64,000 nt of DNA from assembly GCF_009914755.1 (NCBI RefSeq), contig NC_060927.1; one strand, written 5' to 3'. Of the stretch, positions 43,064-58,054 are shown one piece after another. The notes below the pieces were generated by a model. That model ran no database searches, was not told the DNA's origin, and worked only from the letters and a program-made list of their open reading frames with translations. This stretch comes from the human T2T-CHM13v2.0 reference genome, Homo sapiens. The position numbers and the translations under genes were made by a program. The first letter of the stretch is position 1, and every line of letters starts with the position of its first letter.

Positions 43064-44694
43064 GAGATTGTGCCGTGAAGAGGAAGAAAAAATGACATCC
43101 TTTTGCCCAATTCTCCATGAAAGTGATGATTCTACTTAGAGGAGTCACATTCTCCCAAGTACACTCCAAATCAGGCCTCAATAAAACATATACACACAAA
43201 ATAAAACACAAAAGAATGTTGAAGTTCAAACTATTTTCATTGATGTAAAAAAAAGGATACATATTCATAGTAGGCATGCACTAATAAGGGTTTTCCTGAT
43301 AAACATCATTTAATTCAAGAAGATTAAAACTCACTGGAGGAAAAAATAGTATTTTTAAACATTTGGCTAAGTGAGCATTTCTCCGGTTTTAGAAAAAGAG
43401 TCATTAATGAGGGTAGGAATTTGGAAAACTCTATAATAAGTCTAAGCCAGGCAGCATAGAAAGATGAGAGATTTACAACATCATTTCACTGACAAATGAC
43501 AGCATGAGTCAACGCAATGGATTTTGTAAAAGTGCATAGTGGCCTCTGGATTTTATAATGTGGTCTATGTACTTTGAGAGGGTACTGTGAAGCAATTTTC
43601 CAGAAATCAGTGAAAGCATACATCTGGAAGAACTTTGGGTTTTGGCACATTTAAATTCTGTCCTAAAGCTATTTGTGCACAGATACAAAACATAGGATTG
43701 CCTTATGTGCACTGTGTGCCTGTGGTTAATAGGATCACTCTAGGCACATATTTCAAGTATGTTTTAAGACATGTAAGCAAGTATTTTTAAAAATTCCCAA
43801 ATATTTTCACATAATAATAAGTTTATGTTTGTATAGTTATTTTCAGTGCACATACTCTAATGATATGGAGTACAAGGTGTGAAATAAGCTTGCTTAGGGA
43901 ATATAATTAATGATTGATCTTCATATTGTCTTAAATTGTTATAGGCATAGTGTCTAGTAGGAAATGCTGTTTGTTGAATAAATAAACAGCAAAAGAGACT
44001 TTAAAGAATATCCATGCCACAATTTTTTTATGTTTTTCAACTTGTGAAAAATATTACTATTGGATTCAATTTATGTAACACAGTATTCATAGCACCTGGT
44101 ATCAGGAACCATGGATAAAGAGATGAAAGAGACATAGTCATCAGTCCAAGGAGGTGAGAAGGTAATTCATTGTGTCTGCAGTATTCTTCACAGAGGAAAC
44201 TGAATACAGCTTCATTTGTGTGAGGTGTGATTGTTACTAAGCTTCTTCTGGTGTGATGTTTTGGCTCTCAACTGGATTAAAGCTCTTACCATGAAGACTG
44301 ACTTCCATATTGTTTTGCAGCTTTTAAAAATACTTAGTATGGCACTTTGCCCATAGTAAATGTTCAATGAATTATTATGCATTTTTACTAATTGAAGCAC
44401 ATAGATCTTATCTCTAATTTATATCAACAGTAGCATTTAGGTTTTCAGTGTTCATGTCTATTCAACTATGACCATTAAGACTTTCCAGACTACATTTGTT
44501 AAAAAAATCTATCTCTCTCTCTATATATCTATCTCTATATATCTGCATATCTATGGGTATTACAAAAATTCATTTTATTTAACAAGTTTTTAGAATAAAG
44601 TGTTAATAATTGAACAATGATGTTTGTCTTAATTCATCAATATAGTATGTTGACTACTTGTTCTCAAGACCCTCAGCTTTTTCAGATCGTCTGT

Positions 44695-44806
44695 TCAGAG
44701 TTCTCGCTATGTTGCCCAGGCTAGTCTTAGATGCTTGGGCTCAAACAATCTTTCCACCTCAGCCTCCCAGAGTGCTGTGATTAGAAGTCCTGAGCCACTG
44801 CACGCC
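44695..44806 (-). mobile_element. FLAM/Alu left-arm fragment
   Basis: tctcgctatgttgcccaggct...cctcagcctccc. Confidence 0.75.
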
Positions 44807-44987
44807 ATCTACATTTTTACACAAGCTCCCCGAGTTGCTCTGGTGTGCCCTGACTGTAAAATTAATCCTATGTCTTTCAAAGCAGTTGTGGGGATGGCTG
44901 ATTTGTGTCCACTGATTGGTATTTGAGGAATTTGTCAATCTCCATGTGCATATGCTCATTCTTTTCCACAATAGTTTGGTTTCAAGG

Positions 44988-45599
<612 letters not shown>

Positions 45600-46849
45600 T
45601 CATATGACAAAACAGGTAGACTGGTCACAAGAGCAAAGCTTTCATTTTTAAACATCAGAGATGTTATTATTCCAAATTGTGCAATACGGCAAGAAGAGAT
45701 CAGGTGTGAAAATTGAACTCATTGGGCCCAATTTGAAACTTGGCAGAAGGCTGGAGTGGGTGGAGAGGGAGGTAGGCCATGGGGGAGCAGACTCTAAGCA
45801 GAGGCAGCAGGGCACTGATGTGGAAGGACTCATAGTGCATTTCAGTATTCTGCATGAATGCCATGCATGTGCTATGTCCCATTGGCTCTCATATTTCTAT
45901 GCCTAATTAGTAAGGGAACTCGAGGTACACATGACTATATGAGGCCAATGTGGCAAACTCCTCACTATCACTACATATCACTAAATAAACTTATACTTCT
46001 ATCCTTTGAGTCCCTATGTGTTGGGAAGAACTGAATTTCTTCTTGGAAAATCATGGCAATTCTATGTGTCTGGCTCCAAGTGGCTGGAAGAAAACACTAT
46101 GTTTGATTCATTTCAGAGAGAAGCTCTGAAGAATACTTTAATTTAAGAACAAATATGACAAAATAAAAAAAAGCCAAATTCACCAAAATCACACTCATCT
46201 AAAAATCATGAAAAAATAATCTGACTACAGGATATTGGCAGTTAACATGACAAGAGTTTAAGTAAAACAGTTTGTGAAAAATTTAATGGAAGTGTATGAG
46301 TTGAGTAGAAAATAAAGGTGGCAAATTGCATGAAGCTATATAACAAGTTTTATAAATGTTTGATAAAACCACAATTATCTTTTTTACAAATACAATTTCT
46401 TTGAAACTTCAGTTCATTAAAACCAGCAAATTATTAGAGTGGGAGCAAGGCCAAAACACTACCAATGTTCAAAAGGTCAAGAAAACTTTAAGATTTTTAC
46501 AGTGGTTCAGCAGTAAAATGTAATCACAGAACTTTTGGCAATTATAGCCAGCACTTACATATTCTCCTTTCATAGTGCAAAGCAAAGAATTGCAGTGATT
46601 TTTTTTTCTAATTGATTACTGCCACCTACATTCAACAAATATTTAGTACTACTTGTTAAATCTATTTGTGGTACTATACTACAGAGAATGCTGATGTTAA
46701 AGAGCTAATTTGGAGAGGCTTTTTTTCCTTCCTTTTGAAATCAGATAGCAGGAAAACCATGCTCCTAACCATGTAGGTTATTTAGTTGGAGCCAAGGTGC
46801 TTCTCTCATTCTCATAATTTTATTTTTTTTCCTTTATCCCTAATACCAC

Positions 46850-47285
46850 TTTAATTCTCAGACTGTTTCTCCAACTTCCCCTTTTTATAAGTATTCACCT
46901 TTTGGGTTTGACACATGTCTTGGAACAGATACGTATTCTTGAAAAATACGTAGCAATGTTTATTTTTCATTTTTGCAAATAATGGTATGCTGTGAACCCT
47001 ATTTGGTTTCTTGTTTGTTTCACTCAAGATCTCTATGTGGTATTCTATGCATATTTAGCTAACTGTTGCCTCTACAGCTGCACAGTGATTTAATGGTGTG
47101 CATCCACCACCCCCAACATTTCACCTAACCATTTCCTTAGTGTGGGCACCAAGGGTGCCCCCATCTCTGAACTTACACAATGATGTAATGATGAATATTC
47201 TTACACGTGTTCCCTTGTGGATGTGAGCAAAAATTTTTCTGTGATAATCACTCAGGAGTGGAATTGCTGTGTCATAGTGTATTAG
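46850..47285 (-). mobile_element. Old L1M fragment
   Basis: atgaatattctt...caggagtggaattgctgtgtcatag antisense L1 3' phrases. Confidence 0.65.
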
Positions 47286-47289
47286 TTTA

Positions 47290-47850
47290 GGGCTGTGAAA
47301 ATATTTTTGTGTTTCTGCACAGTTAGGGCTTTTTGAACAAATTTTACTGAAACTTGGGACCTGGGCTAAAAAAACAAGCTTTAGAAGTAAATTTATGACT
47401 AATTAGAAAGTGAAATACCATCTAGAGAGATTTATTTTCCCAGAGGTATGTTTACATTTTAAGATGGGGATGAGACCCAGGATATAGGAGCTTGGGTTGT
47501 CAAGCTGGAGACATTAGTCTTCCCTTCAACCTGGAGGGGTTTATTTACATTCTAAAGGGTAAAAGTAAGAACCCAGACCCCTTCCCAATGAGCAAAGATT
47601 TTTGTTCTCTCCTTTCAGGGACAGCTGTTCCACCCCCTATGTAAATACTCAAATTCACATTGTCAAGGTTCCTTGCCTACAGTACAGACCCTAGGATGTG
47701 TAAGATGACATCTGGTTCTCATCATGTTGCCCCAGGGCTAACAACTGAGGCAAAAGGAAACTTAGGAGGTTATTTGTTGCTAAGTAAATAATAGTAATCT
47801 GTGATGCCCCCAGAAACCTTGTTTGCATGATACATTAAAAATTTAACATT
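47290..47850. mobile_element. Probable ERV1-class solo LTR (MER90/MER110-like) inserted in the L1M
   Basis: About 550 bp interrupting L1 sequence that resumes near 47852; gaaacttgggacc and tttatttacattc motifs; family uncertain. Confidence 0.4.
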
Positions 47851-47894
47851 ATTCATATCCTCAATTTCACTAGGTTCTGCCAACTTGCTATTCA

Positions 47895-48030
47895 AGCTAC
47901 CCAGGAGGCTGAGGTAGAAGGATCACTTAAACCCAGGAGTTCGTGGAGGCAGTGAGCTATGATGGCACCACTGCACTCCATTCTGGGCAACAGAGCAAGA
48001 CCCTGTCTTGAAAAAATTAAAAAAAAAAAA
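47895..48030 (+). mobile_element. Alu right-arm fragment
   Basis: agctacccaggaggctgagg...gcaacagagcaagaccctgtct plus A-tail. Confidence 0.85.
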
Positions 48031-48250
48031 GAATTATCATTTTGTTGACATGTTTACTACTTTGTATAGTTACAGAGGAAATAAAACTGACTCTACTATG
48101 GACTTAGAGAGAAGGTATTACTTCCCATGATGCTGGAATTTTAAATGTCTCCATTTAGTCACTTCACACAGCAGAGAGCTGGTGTTGGAGGCAGTTTTAA
48201 GAAAGTTGAACCACCCCTCAGTAGAGAACTGGATAAAGTAAACTACGGTT

Positions 48251-48564
<314 letters not shown>

Positions 48565-49563
48565 CTATTTACACAGTGGAAAATTTTATAGATGCTGAAA
48601 TGAACGAGCTAGCTCTACATGTATGAACAGATATATTTAAAAAACATAACATTAAGTGCAGAAATCACATTGCAAAAGATATGTGCCATCTGATAACATT
48701 TAGGTAAAAGTTTAAAACAACAGTACAAAAGCATTCATGGAAATAATACACAACAACCTCAGGAGAATATTTACAACAGTTTCTTTTTGTAAAGGGAGAT
48801 ATCTGATGCAAATATGGAAGAAATGTAAACATCTATCTGTGGCAGGAATGGATATCACATTTCTGTACTTTTCTGAATTTATGAGCTATTTCATAATTTG
48901 ATGAAAAATAAAAATGAGGCAGAGAACACAGTTTAGTGAAGCAAAGAGACTAGCAAGGGTCAGACTCTGTGAGGAAGAAAGGTTCTGCGTGTGTATGCGT
49001 GTGTGGGCTTCCTTGGTACCCCTCAAACTCCCTGTAGAGGAGTCTCCTTCTTTTGCCTGTGTTGAGACTGACCTTGGTGGTGAAAGTCTTTCTCCTTTCT
49101 CTTGTTAGAAGGCTCCATGTTACAGTTTCTTTTAACTTTTAGCTCTTCAAACTTGGAGATAAACAGGTCTAAAGTACTAAGTGTTTGAAATATGTTCTAT
49201 TTTGTTTCAGAAAACCAAACAAAACAAAGCATGCTGACACCAAGTTCTGTCTTAGAGAATTATTACAGCATAGGCTAAGTGACAGAGAGGATACTTAGAA
49301 ATAAAAGTTTTTCTGCTGAGTGGTACAGAATGAAGAATATAGATTTTGGAGTCAGAAGATCAGAGTTTGAGCCCTGCCACTGCCATTCACTGGCAGTTCT
49401 TGGGAAAATATTTTAATTTCTCTTTGCTTTTAATGCACTCCTCAAACTATAAAATGACTTTGATTCCTAACCTGTCTCTTTCAGTGACTTTTTGCCACAA
49501 TCAATTAATGGATAATTGCACTACTTTGTAAACTGTGGAGAAATAATAAAAAGTAGTGATAAT

Positions 49564-49688
49564 GGCCAAGCACAGTGGCTTGCACCTGTAATCCCAGCAT
49601 ATTGGGAGGCTGAGGTGGGCAGATTGCTTGAGCTCAGGAATTTTGAGACCAGCCTGGGCAACATAGTGAGACCCCATCTCAAAAAAAA
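49564..49688 (+). mobile_element. FLAM_C-like monomer
   Basis: TSD aaaaag(t/c)agtgat(a/g)at. Confidence 0.85.
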
Positions 49689-49919
49689 GCAGTGATGATG
49701 ATAATTCAAATCAAGCAAAATAAGAAGCTCCTTTTTATGTGTGTAAAATATAGTGTTTTTTGTCTCTCAGCTAGATAAATGTATGTAAATCTTTCTGAAA
49801 TGAATGACTTCTTTAAGAAACACTAATGCTAGGTGCCTGAGAAACATATTTAGTTTTCTAAAATCAGGTAACATACTTACCTGTCTGTTTTTGTTAGTTT
49901 GTTGTCAAACCTAGGAGCG

Positions 49920-50548
49920 CTGGATTTAATGAGATGCAAACATAAAGAGATGTAATGCGACGTGGACATGAACATTTCAGAGGGGAATAATGACATGTGC
50001 ATGCTTGATGAGGCCATAATGTGATGTACAAATAGAAAAGCATAGAAAAATGTGCATGGGTAATGGTGCAATGAGATGCATAAATAGATGAGTGTAATGA
50101 TAAAGACATGGGGGGTGTAATGTGATTTACAAATGGGAGCATTAAATGGGAGGGTGGAAAGGGCAGGTTGTGGTAGATAAGAAGCAGAGAGAAAGAATGC
50201 AGTACTAAGCATGAATGGAGGAGCTAATATGTGCATGATGAGGATGTGATGAGATAGAAATGGGATGGCATAAGGCAGTTCACAGATGGAGGGGTGTAAT
50301 GAGTTGTGTAGAAAGGAGGGAATAATGACAAGCATAAAAGGAGGGATTTAATACGACGAAGAAAGAAATAGGCATAAGAAGATGTGAAGACTGAAAGGAG
50401 GTGCAGAAAAAAGGGACATTAGTGAAGAGACGGGAAATAACAAGGTGGGCCAATGGAGCACTCTAATGAGGCTGAAATAAAAAGGTGCAATGAAGTGTGT
50501 CCATTCAGGGAATAATTAGACACACACACAGGATGATAATGAGGTACC
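49920..50548. repeat. Highly degenerate purine-rich tandem array, unit about 25 bp
   Basis: Recurrent (g)gaggg(g/a)(t/a)(g/a)taatga(g/c)at.. core at roughly 23-28 nt spacing. Confidence 0.65.
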
Positions 50549-50699
50549 CAGGCCCTGATCAGACATAGACCATGGCACTCAGTTCTTACTGAGGAGGCCA
50601 AAAATTGAAAAAAATTCAGGGCAGAACCACAAAGATATCTACACACAGAAAAGGGAAGACTAAACAGGTGATTTGGTGCCAGCCTTGCAGTTTATGAAA

Positions 50700-50900
50700 T
50701 AATAGTTTTATAGCTGCACTTACTCTGTTCCAGGTGCTCTGCTAGGTGTTGAATTAAATGCATCATCTCATTTTACCTTCTTAACAACCCTATGAGGGAG
50801 GTGGATTCTTTCCTAGTTATAGATGAAGAAATCAAGCTGTAGTGAGGTTAATGACTTGCCCAGTTCCCAGAGCATGTCTGTGGTAGTGATGTCACTCAAA
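50700..50900 (-). mobile_element. MIR SINE
   Basis: aacaaccctatgagg...tagatgaagaaa...gaggttaatgacttgccc. Confidence 0.8.
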
Positions 50901-50974
50901 CTAAGTCAGCTGGATCTCAGTTGCCTTTGCCTCTGTTTTGATGTTTTATCAGAAGAGGCTGTGGGACCTCCTGC

Positions 50975-51122
50975 CCCAGAACTACCAGGATAACTTGTCA
51001 AAGATCTAGAGTCACAGGATTACCCAGTGAATATTATTTGCAAAATCTGCAGAGGCCCTAAGAATTTGCATTTTTAACAAGCGCCCCAAGGACACTTGCA
51101 TAAACTAGGTCTGAGAACTACT
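50975..51122. mobile_element. MER5A-like MITE
   Basis: agaatttgcatttttaacaagcgcccc...tctgagaactact. Confidence 0.7.
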
Positions 51123-51841
51123 CCATGAAACTAGCACTAGAGTGTGTGGTGGTCTAAGGCTACTCTCAGTCCTAGTGAAAGACCATAAAGAAAGGAGATT
51201 GCATGCAGCATGAGGACTTTGGGTTGGCTACAAAGTAGACTGTCTGTTGGCAGAAGAAATTACCAGACCCAGAAATGAGGCATCAAACCAAAAATTATAT
51301 TGAATGAAGGATAAAAATATAATAATACATGGAACATAATTAGATTCTAGGAAATAGTTTTTTTTACTGAATTAAAAAAAACATAGAAATTACTCCATAT
51401 TCATGGAATCCCTAAGGGGGAAAGGGTAATATGTCCCTACAACCAACATTTTTCCAATCCACATGCAACTTTCAGGATTCTAAAATTAAAAGCTGATAGT
51501 GGCACTGACTGTTCTCTTTCTTGGTATGTCTAGTATTGAGATATCTAAATTGCTATGATTTTTAAGGTCGAAACCAGAATTTATATTTTGAAATAGTGTT
51601 AAGTGTGCATGACTACTCGCATTTTAGTGATACAGCCTCTGCTCAAAACCTTTTTAGATGTGTCTTTTGGAGTTGTTTGTGGTGTATATTTGTGAGCCAT
51701 ACAAGAAAATAATGCTCATTACTTTAGTGAAACTTAGCTTCTAACATGGAAATTTATTATTCAGTTTGAGCAGTCTCTTTTTATAGTACACATGGGCTCA
51801 GATAAATGTTGGGCTATTTGTGAAAATAAAAATCATTCTCA

Positions 51842-52175
<334 letters not shown>

Positions 52176-52454
52176 CCTTTATCATGACTGAGAATATAAA
52201 GTCTCAAAACATTTACTGAGTAGCTGCTCTGCCTCAGGCCATGATGCCATGATAGATGCTGGGACATGCAGACATTAATGGAAAGAGCCTGATCCCACAG
52301 CCTATGAGAGGCACAAAGACATCAAAATCAAACAATTTTGTTGTTGTTGATGTCTTTATTTACATTTGTGAAAGATTATGGGAATATGGCTGAGGGAGTC
52401 ATTCATTTTGTTTGGAGGGGTCTTGCAGAGGAGGTGCAATAAAATAGTACCAGC

Positions 52455-52680
52455 TACTGTTTATTGAGCTCTTACTATATGGCAATCACTGCTCCATGGA
52501 CTTTACATGTATTATGTCTTTTGAATCTCACGACATCCCTGCGAAGTGTTTACTGCTATTTTCTGCACTTTGCAGGTAAAGAAGGTAAGGCACACAGGAG
52601 TTAGATAAAAGCGCTGGTAAGTAGGTGGTAGAGGCAGGATTCAAACCCAGATCCTGAGTTTCTAGTTACCACACTTTCTT
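52455..52680 (-). mobile_element. MIR SINE
   Basis: tttattgagctcttactat...ggcaggattcaaacccag. Confidence 0.75.
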
Positions 52681-53989
52681 CTTGCACAAAAAGAGGTGCT
52701 ATTTATTCTAATAGTATAGTGCCTGGTGTTTGTTGGCATTCACATAATATCCATGATAGCAGCAAAAGAAAAAAAAAGGATTTTACTCATGCACTGATTA
52801 TTTAAGAAAAGAACCCAACCACTATTAGATTAGAACAGACATTGCAGAGGGATTGCATACCTCTGTTCCCCCAGGAATAGAGTTATTTCGTTAACTATTT
52901 TCTAAAGGTTTTTCCTTTTTTTAAAAAATTTCCTTGACTGATGCAGAACATCTGGCTAACTGTGAAGGAATGTTCACGACAGTAGTAAAATTGACATGCT
53001 TCATTATAGGACAGTCTGGCTTGTGAAATATGAAAGAAATATAATACATGTGATAAACCAGGATTTCAACTAAACTGAGAAAACATTTCTATGCCAATTT
53101 AAATTTGTTAAAAAAGCATATGTATAGTATAAGTACAGTGTATGTGGACAGTGGTTAGAGAGTTACGAATAGTGTATATTAATTAGCCAAGAGTAAAGGT
53201 AATAATTTTCTAAAGGAGATAAGAGGATTAAAAAGAAAGAGTAAAAAACAACAGACAAGTGTATTACAATGAAAATAAATGTTTCTTAATAGTAAATAGA
53301 ACTGTCAGTTAAGTTCAATGTATTTACAAAATCATATGCAATCACTTAATATAATGGATTGTGTGTACAGAATTGTTTAAATGAGGGGCCCTCATGTATA
53401 TCTGTTAAGGAAAAGAAATGAATCCAAATGAAGGTAGAAATAGTATTTAGGGAGGCAAAGTTTAGAATTTGGCTGAACTTCCAAACTCAGTGGTCCTAAG
53501 GCATCAATAAAAGTCATGCTTGTGAAAAGCCATGCCACTTCTCTCAAGAACTCTTCACATGTGAACCTCTCCTCTTATGTTAGCCATATTAATCCCGGAT
53601 GAACTATCGTGGCTCTGGTGGAGGAGTGTGAGTCTACTGATACTACATAAACTGTGATAAAAATCCATCTTTTGCTTAAGCTGAAAATTCTCCCGGTGTT
53701 ATCTAGCATTGCAAGCCTTATCCACGGAGCATGCTGTAAACATAGCCGTGGTCAGTTAACTTCATCTTGCCCTAGTGGCTATTGTCCTAACCTTGGCCAG
53801 TTGCTTGGTGGGTGTACTTGTTCTGTTTTTTGAAGGCGAAGAGTAGAGTGTGTATTGGGGCTATGAGGAGAAGCAGAGGGTTCTTATAAAGAGAAACTCA
53901 GCACAAATCCATCATTTTCTTCACTCAGGAAATAACCTTTTTTTGTTTTGTTTTGTTTTTTCCTGGGCCTGTTTCATCAATCTCAACCT

Positions 53990-55440
53990 CTCTATTGCAT
54001 CATCCCGGCAATTTACAAACAGGCTCTGAAGGCTTCCATTTTCACTCATCTCTACAATCCCCCCACTTACCAACCCATTCAGCACCAAACTGCTTAAAAC
54101 AGCTCTCTACATATGCTATGTTTCCTTCTTTACTCGTTCCTTCTTGTTCCTCCACCTACTTCTGTTCGTACCTTGCCCTTAAAACTCTATTAAAACTGCT
54201 CTTTCCATGTTGCCCAGTTGAATGGACACTTATCTTGATTTGGCTATCCAGTCCCATACAATTCCTTTCTTTCTCCTTCTTGGACACTTTCTTGATATCT
54301 GTGATGCCCTCTACACTTTCTGAGGTTCTTTTATTTCTTGGCTGCCGTGTGGATGCAATCCTGAACTGGGACCATTTCCTCTCTAAACTCTCTTCCTAGA
54401 TTGCTTCAGTCTTCCCATGGTTTTCATCATCTGTATGCTGATGATGTCCTAATCTATATTCCTGGCCTAAGTCACTTCATATTTGGATATCCAACTGTCT
54501 AAAAGACAATTCCACTGGGACATCTGGCAGGTGTTTGAAACTTCAGATTCGGATGTCTGAAAGTCTTGTGTGCCAGCTTCATTCACTTGCCCCTCCCCAG
54601 AGCTCATTTTCTCCCAGTTTTATCCACCTTAATAAATGATACCACCATGCCAGAAACTTGACATCAGCTTTGATTCCTCATTTCCCCTCACACTTACATG
54701 CCATTCATTAGTTTGTTATGTCACTTTTACCTCCAACCGTTATATTGAATATGTCATTTATTTCCATCCCTACCAGGATCATCCAAGTTTAAGCTACTCT
54801 CTTCTCTTACCTGGATTAGCAATAGTCTCTTTTGTGATCTCCTTAATTTTACTTTTGTCCCTTTCCAATCTAGTCCCCACACAGCAGACTGAGCAATCTT
54901 TTAAAAACAACCTGGTTGCAATGGACTGAAGGCTTATGTCCCCCTACCATCACCAAATTCATACACCGAAATCCTATCCCCCAAGGTGATACCATTGGGA
55001 GGGGAGGCCTTTGGGAGGTATTAAGTCTTGGGGATGGAGTCCTCATAAACGGGATTAGTGCCTTATTAAAGAAGCCCAGGAGAGATCACTTGTCCCTTCA
55101 ACCACGTGAGGACACAGCATTTGGGTGACATCTGTAAGCCAGAAAGTGGGCCCGCACTAGACACTGAATCTGCCTTGATCTCGGGCTTCCCAGCCTCCAG
55201 AACTGTAAGAAACATTTTTGTTGTTTATAAGCACCCAGTTAATAGTATTTTGTTATAGCAGCCCAAATGGACAAAGAAACTGAACTAAGGACTGCTGCTC
55301 AAAACTCCTCCGTGGCTTTCCATAGACCACAAAAAAATCTAAGCTTCTTGCCATGGTCTAAAAGGCCAGGACAGAATTCCCCAGATTAACTCTCCAGTCT
55401 CCACTCTCCCCTTTGTTCACTGGCTCCACCAATGCTGTGA
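53990..55440. mobile_element. L2 LINE fragment interrupted by an MLT1 LTR
   Basis: tgtatgctgatgatgtcctaatctatat; atatccaactgtct...attccact. Confidence 0.7.
54917..55279 (+). mobile_element. MaLR solo LTR (MLT1A/MST-like)
   Basis: ggcctttgggaggt...gggattagtgcctt...cttcccagcctccagaactgtaagaaa...tttgttatagcagccc. Confidence 0.85.
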
Positions 55441-57554
55441 AAGGGGAGTGTGCTCACTTTTGGGTAGGTGTGACCATCCACTGTGATACAGGAGGAAGAA
55501 AATATAACTTTCATTTCTATTTATTTTTCATCTCGTCCTTTAAAATTTCTATTTTTCAATGTTTTATAGTGAAATAACAAGTATGTAAAATAATGTATGT
55601 ATATAGTTTAAAGGTAAATAAATGTGCACATATTGAAGGTACTTGCTCAAAAAAATTTTTTGATGAGATGTGTGACTTACATTTGAAGAGAATGCTCTAA
55701 TACACCAAAGCTTTTCCTTTCTCTTATTCTTCCTTTTTTGTTTTTGTTTTTTTGTTTCAAGGCCTTTGTGCAAATTGTTCTCATTGCCAGGAAAACTTGT
55801 CTGACATCTGCTCAGAGAAGGCTTCCTTGACCATCCAACAAATGCTCATTTTCTTTAAGCATTATCTTTTACAGTATCTATCAGTGTGGAATTGTGTATT
55901 TGTTTCTTAGTGTATTGCTTGTTTCCATCAGGGTAGGGATCATGATTGTTTGTTTAGTCTCTGCACAGTGGTTGGTATAGAGCAGGCATTTGCAAAAAAT
56001 ATTTTTGACTGAATACATGAACTTAGAGTCATATTTACCATGATTTTGCTGTGATTATTTTGTCTCCTCCGTGTTATTTCTCATGCCATTCTTTCTATAT
56101 GGAACCATTTTTCTCTTTAAAGATAAAAAAGCCTCCGAACTCTGTATTTCAATTTCTACCACTTTCCAGCCAGCTCCCTGCCTGAGCAAAGAGTGTCCCA
56201 GACATTTGCCTCTGCATCCACATTCCACCTTCAATCTGCCCTCCAGGTCCTTCCATGATTTGCAGTCTTCATTTAGTTTTCCCCTTAAGCACTGGATTAG
56301 CCCCTTGGTCTGGCTTCTTAGGGTAGACTCTCATTCACATTTTCTGTTTATCTTTTTACCTCACCATTGCCACTTAGAAACTGCCTGTCAGATTTTCCTG
56401 GTTCTGAGCTCATAGCCTGAAAGCCTAGAATCCTCCGCCCCCACTGGGGTTCTGAAATTCCAAACCCCTTTCCCCTCTAGCTTGCCCTGAAAGGAAGGTT
56501 CTCTTGAACATATATTCATACGGCTCTTCTGGAGACTGACCTTCCACAGCACTTGTCATTTCTATCACACATGTAGACTTAAATTTCTCATCTTATATTT
56601 TTTATATATATATATATACACACATACTGTTACATCTTATATATAATAGGCCTACCTTTTATTTACTTACTTATGCATTTATATACTCAAGCACATTAAC
56701 ACTTTAACCCAAAACACTAGATCTAAGCCTGTGGGAGCATCAGAAAGTCTCCTTGGGTTCCACCCAGAATTAGTGTTTCAGTTTTATTTATGCCTTGACA
56801 CTCCTGTCAGTTATCCTGGGAACTATCAAGTGTGTTTGTAGCAATGTGGACTGAAAACAAATCACCAAATGTTAGCCAGATGGGGCACATTTTACTTCAG
56901 CAGAAAATGTAGTTTATTTTATTTTATTTTTTCTGTAAGGGACATAGTTTTGAGATCCCATTTCTGCAGCATACAACATTTCCCTATGCTTTGGTAACTG
57001 GAACACGTGTTAATAAAGGCCTTTTCTTTCTGAAATTCTGGCCCTTTAGTAATCCTTCAATCAACTTTGTCAACTCTCTGGTCCTCTGATAATCAGAGTG
57101 CCATTCCCTCTGAAGTGTTGGGTAGCACATGCACTGAAACGAAATTATTAATAGTAATCTCTACTTGCTCCATGGTGGTCTTTCTCATTTCTTCAATAAA
57201 TCAACTGCTTCTCCACCATCTTTCTAAAATCCTTATTTTATAATGGAAATTAATTATCTTAGAATCTATTTTTCTTCAAGTAAACTGCTCATTTACATAA
57301 GGCAATATAACTTAAAGTAATATTTTTTCCTTGATTATAAAAGAAATATATAGAGAAAAGAAAATGCTAATCCCATCAACTAGAGCTATATCATTAACAT
57401 TTTATTATATTTCCTTTTGGTTGATTTAATGGGCAATCCTCCAAATAATATTCTTTATAAAAGTAATTTTGTACCCTGAAATATGGTATTTACTGTAAGT
57501 GTGTTTCATATCATTAAACATGTCTCATAAACATGACTTTTCAGGATTGGTTAA

Positions 57555-57988
<434 letters not shown>

Positions 57989-58054
57989 TCTATCTGTCTT
58001 AAAAATATTCTTTTACCTGGATTCAGGACTAGACCTACAAAAAATATTCTTTTA

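Noticed and set aside
49877-50335. 152-aa His/Ser/Leu-rich minus-strand ORF
   Set aside because: Explained by stop-codon scarcity on the pyrimidine-rich strand of the degenerate array; no recognisable domain.
53953-54399. 148-aa ORF, and the 144-aa ORF at 2183-2617
   Set aside because: Both lie in pyrimidine-rich decayed L2 sequence.
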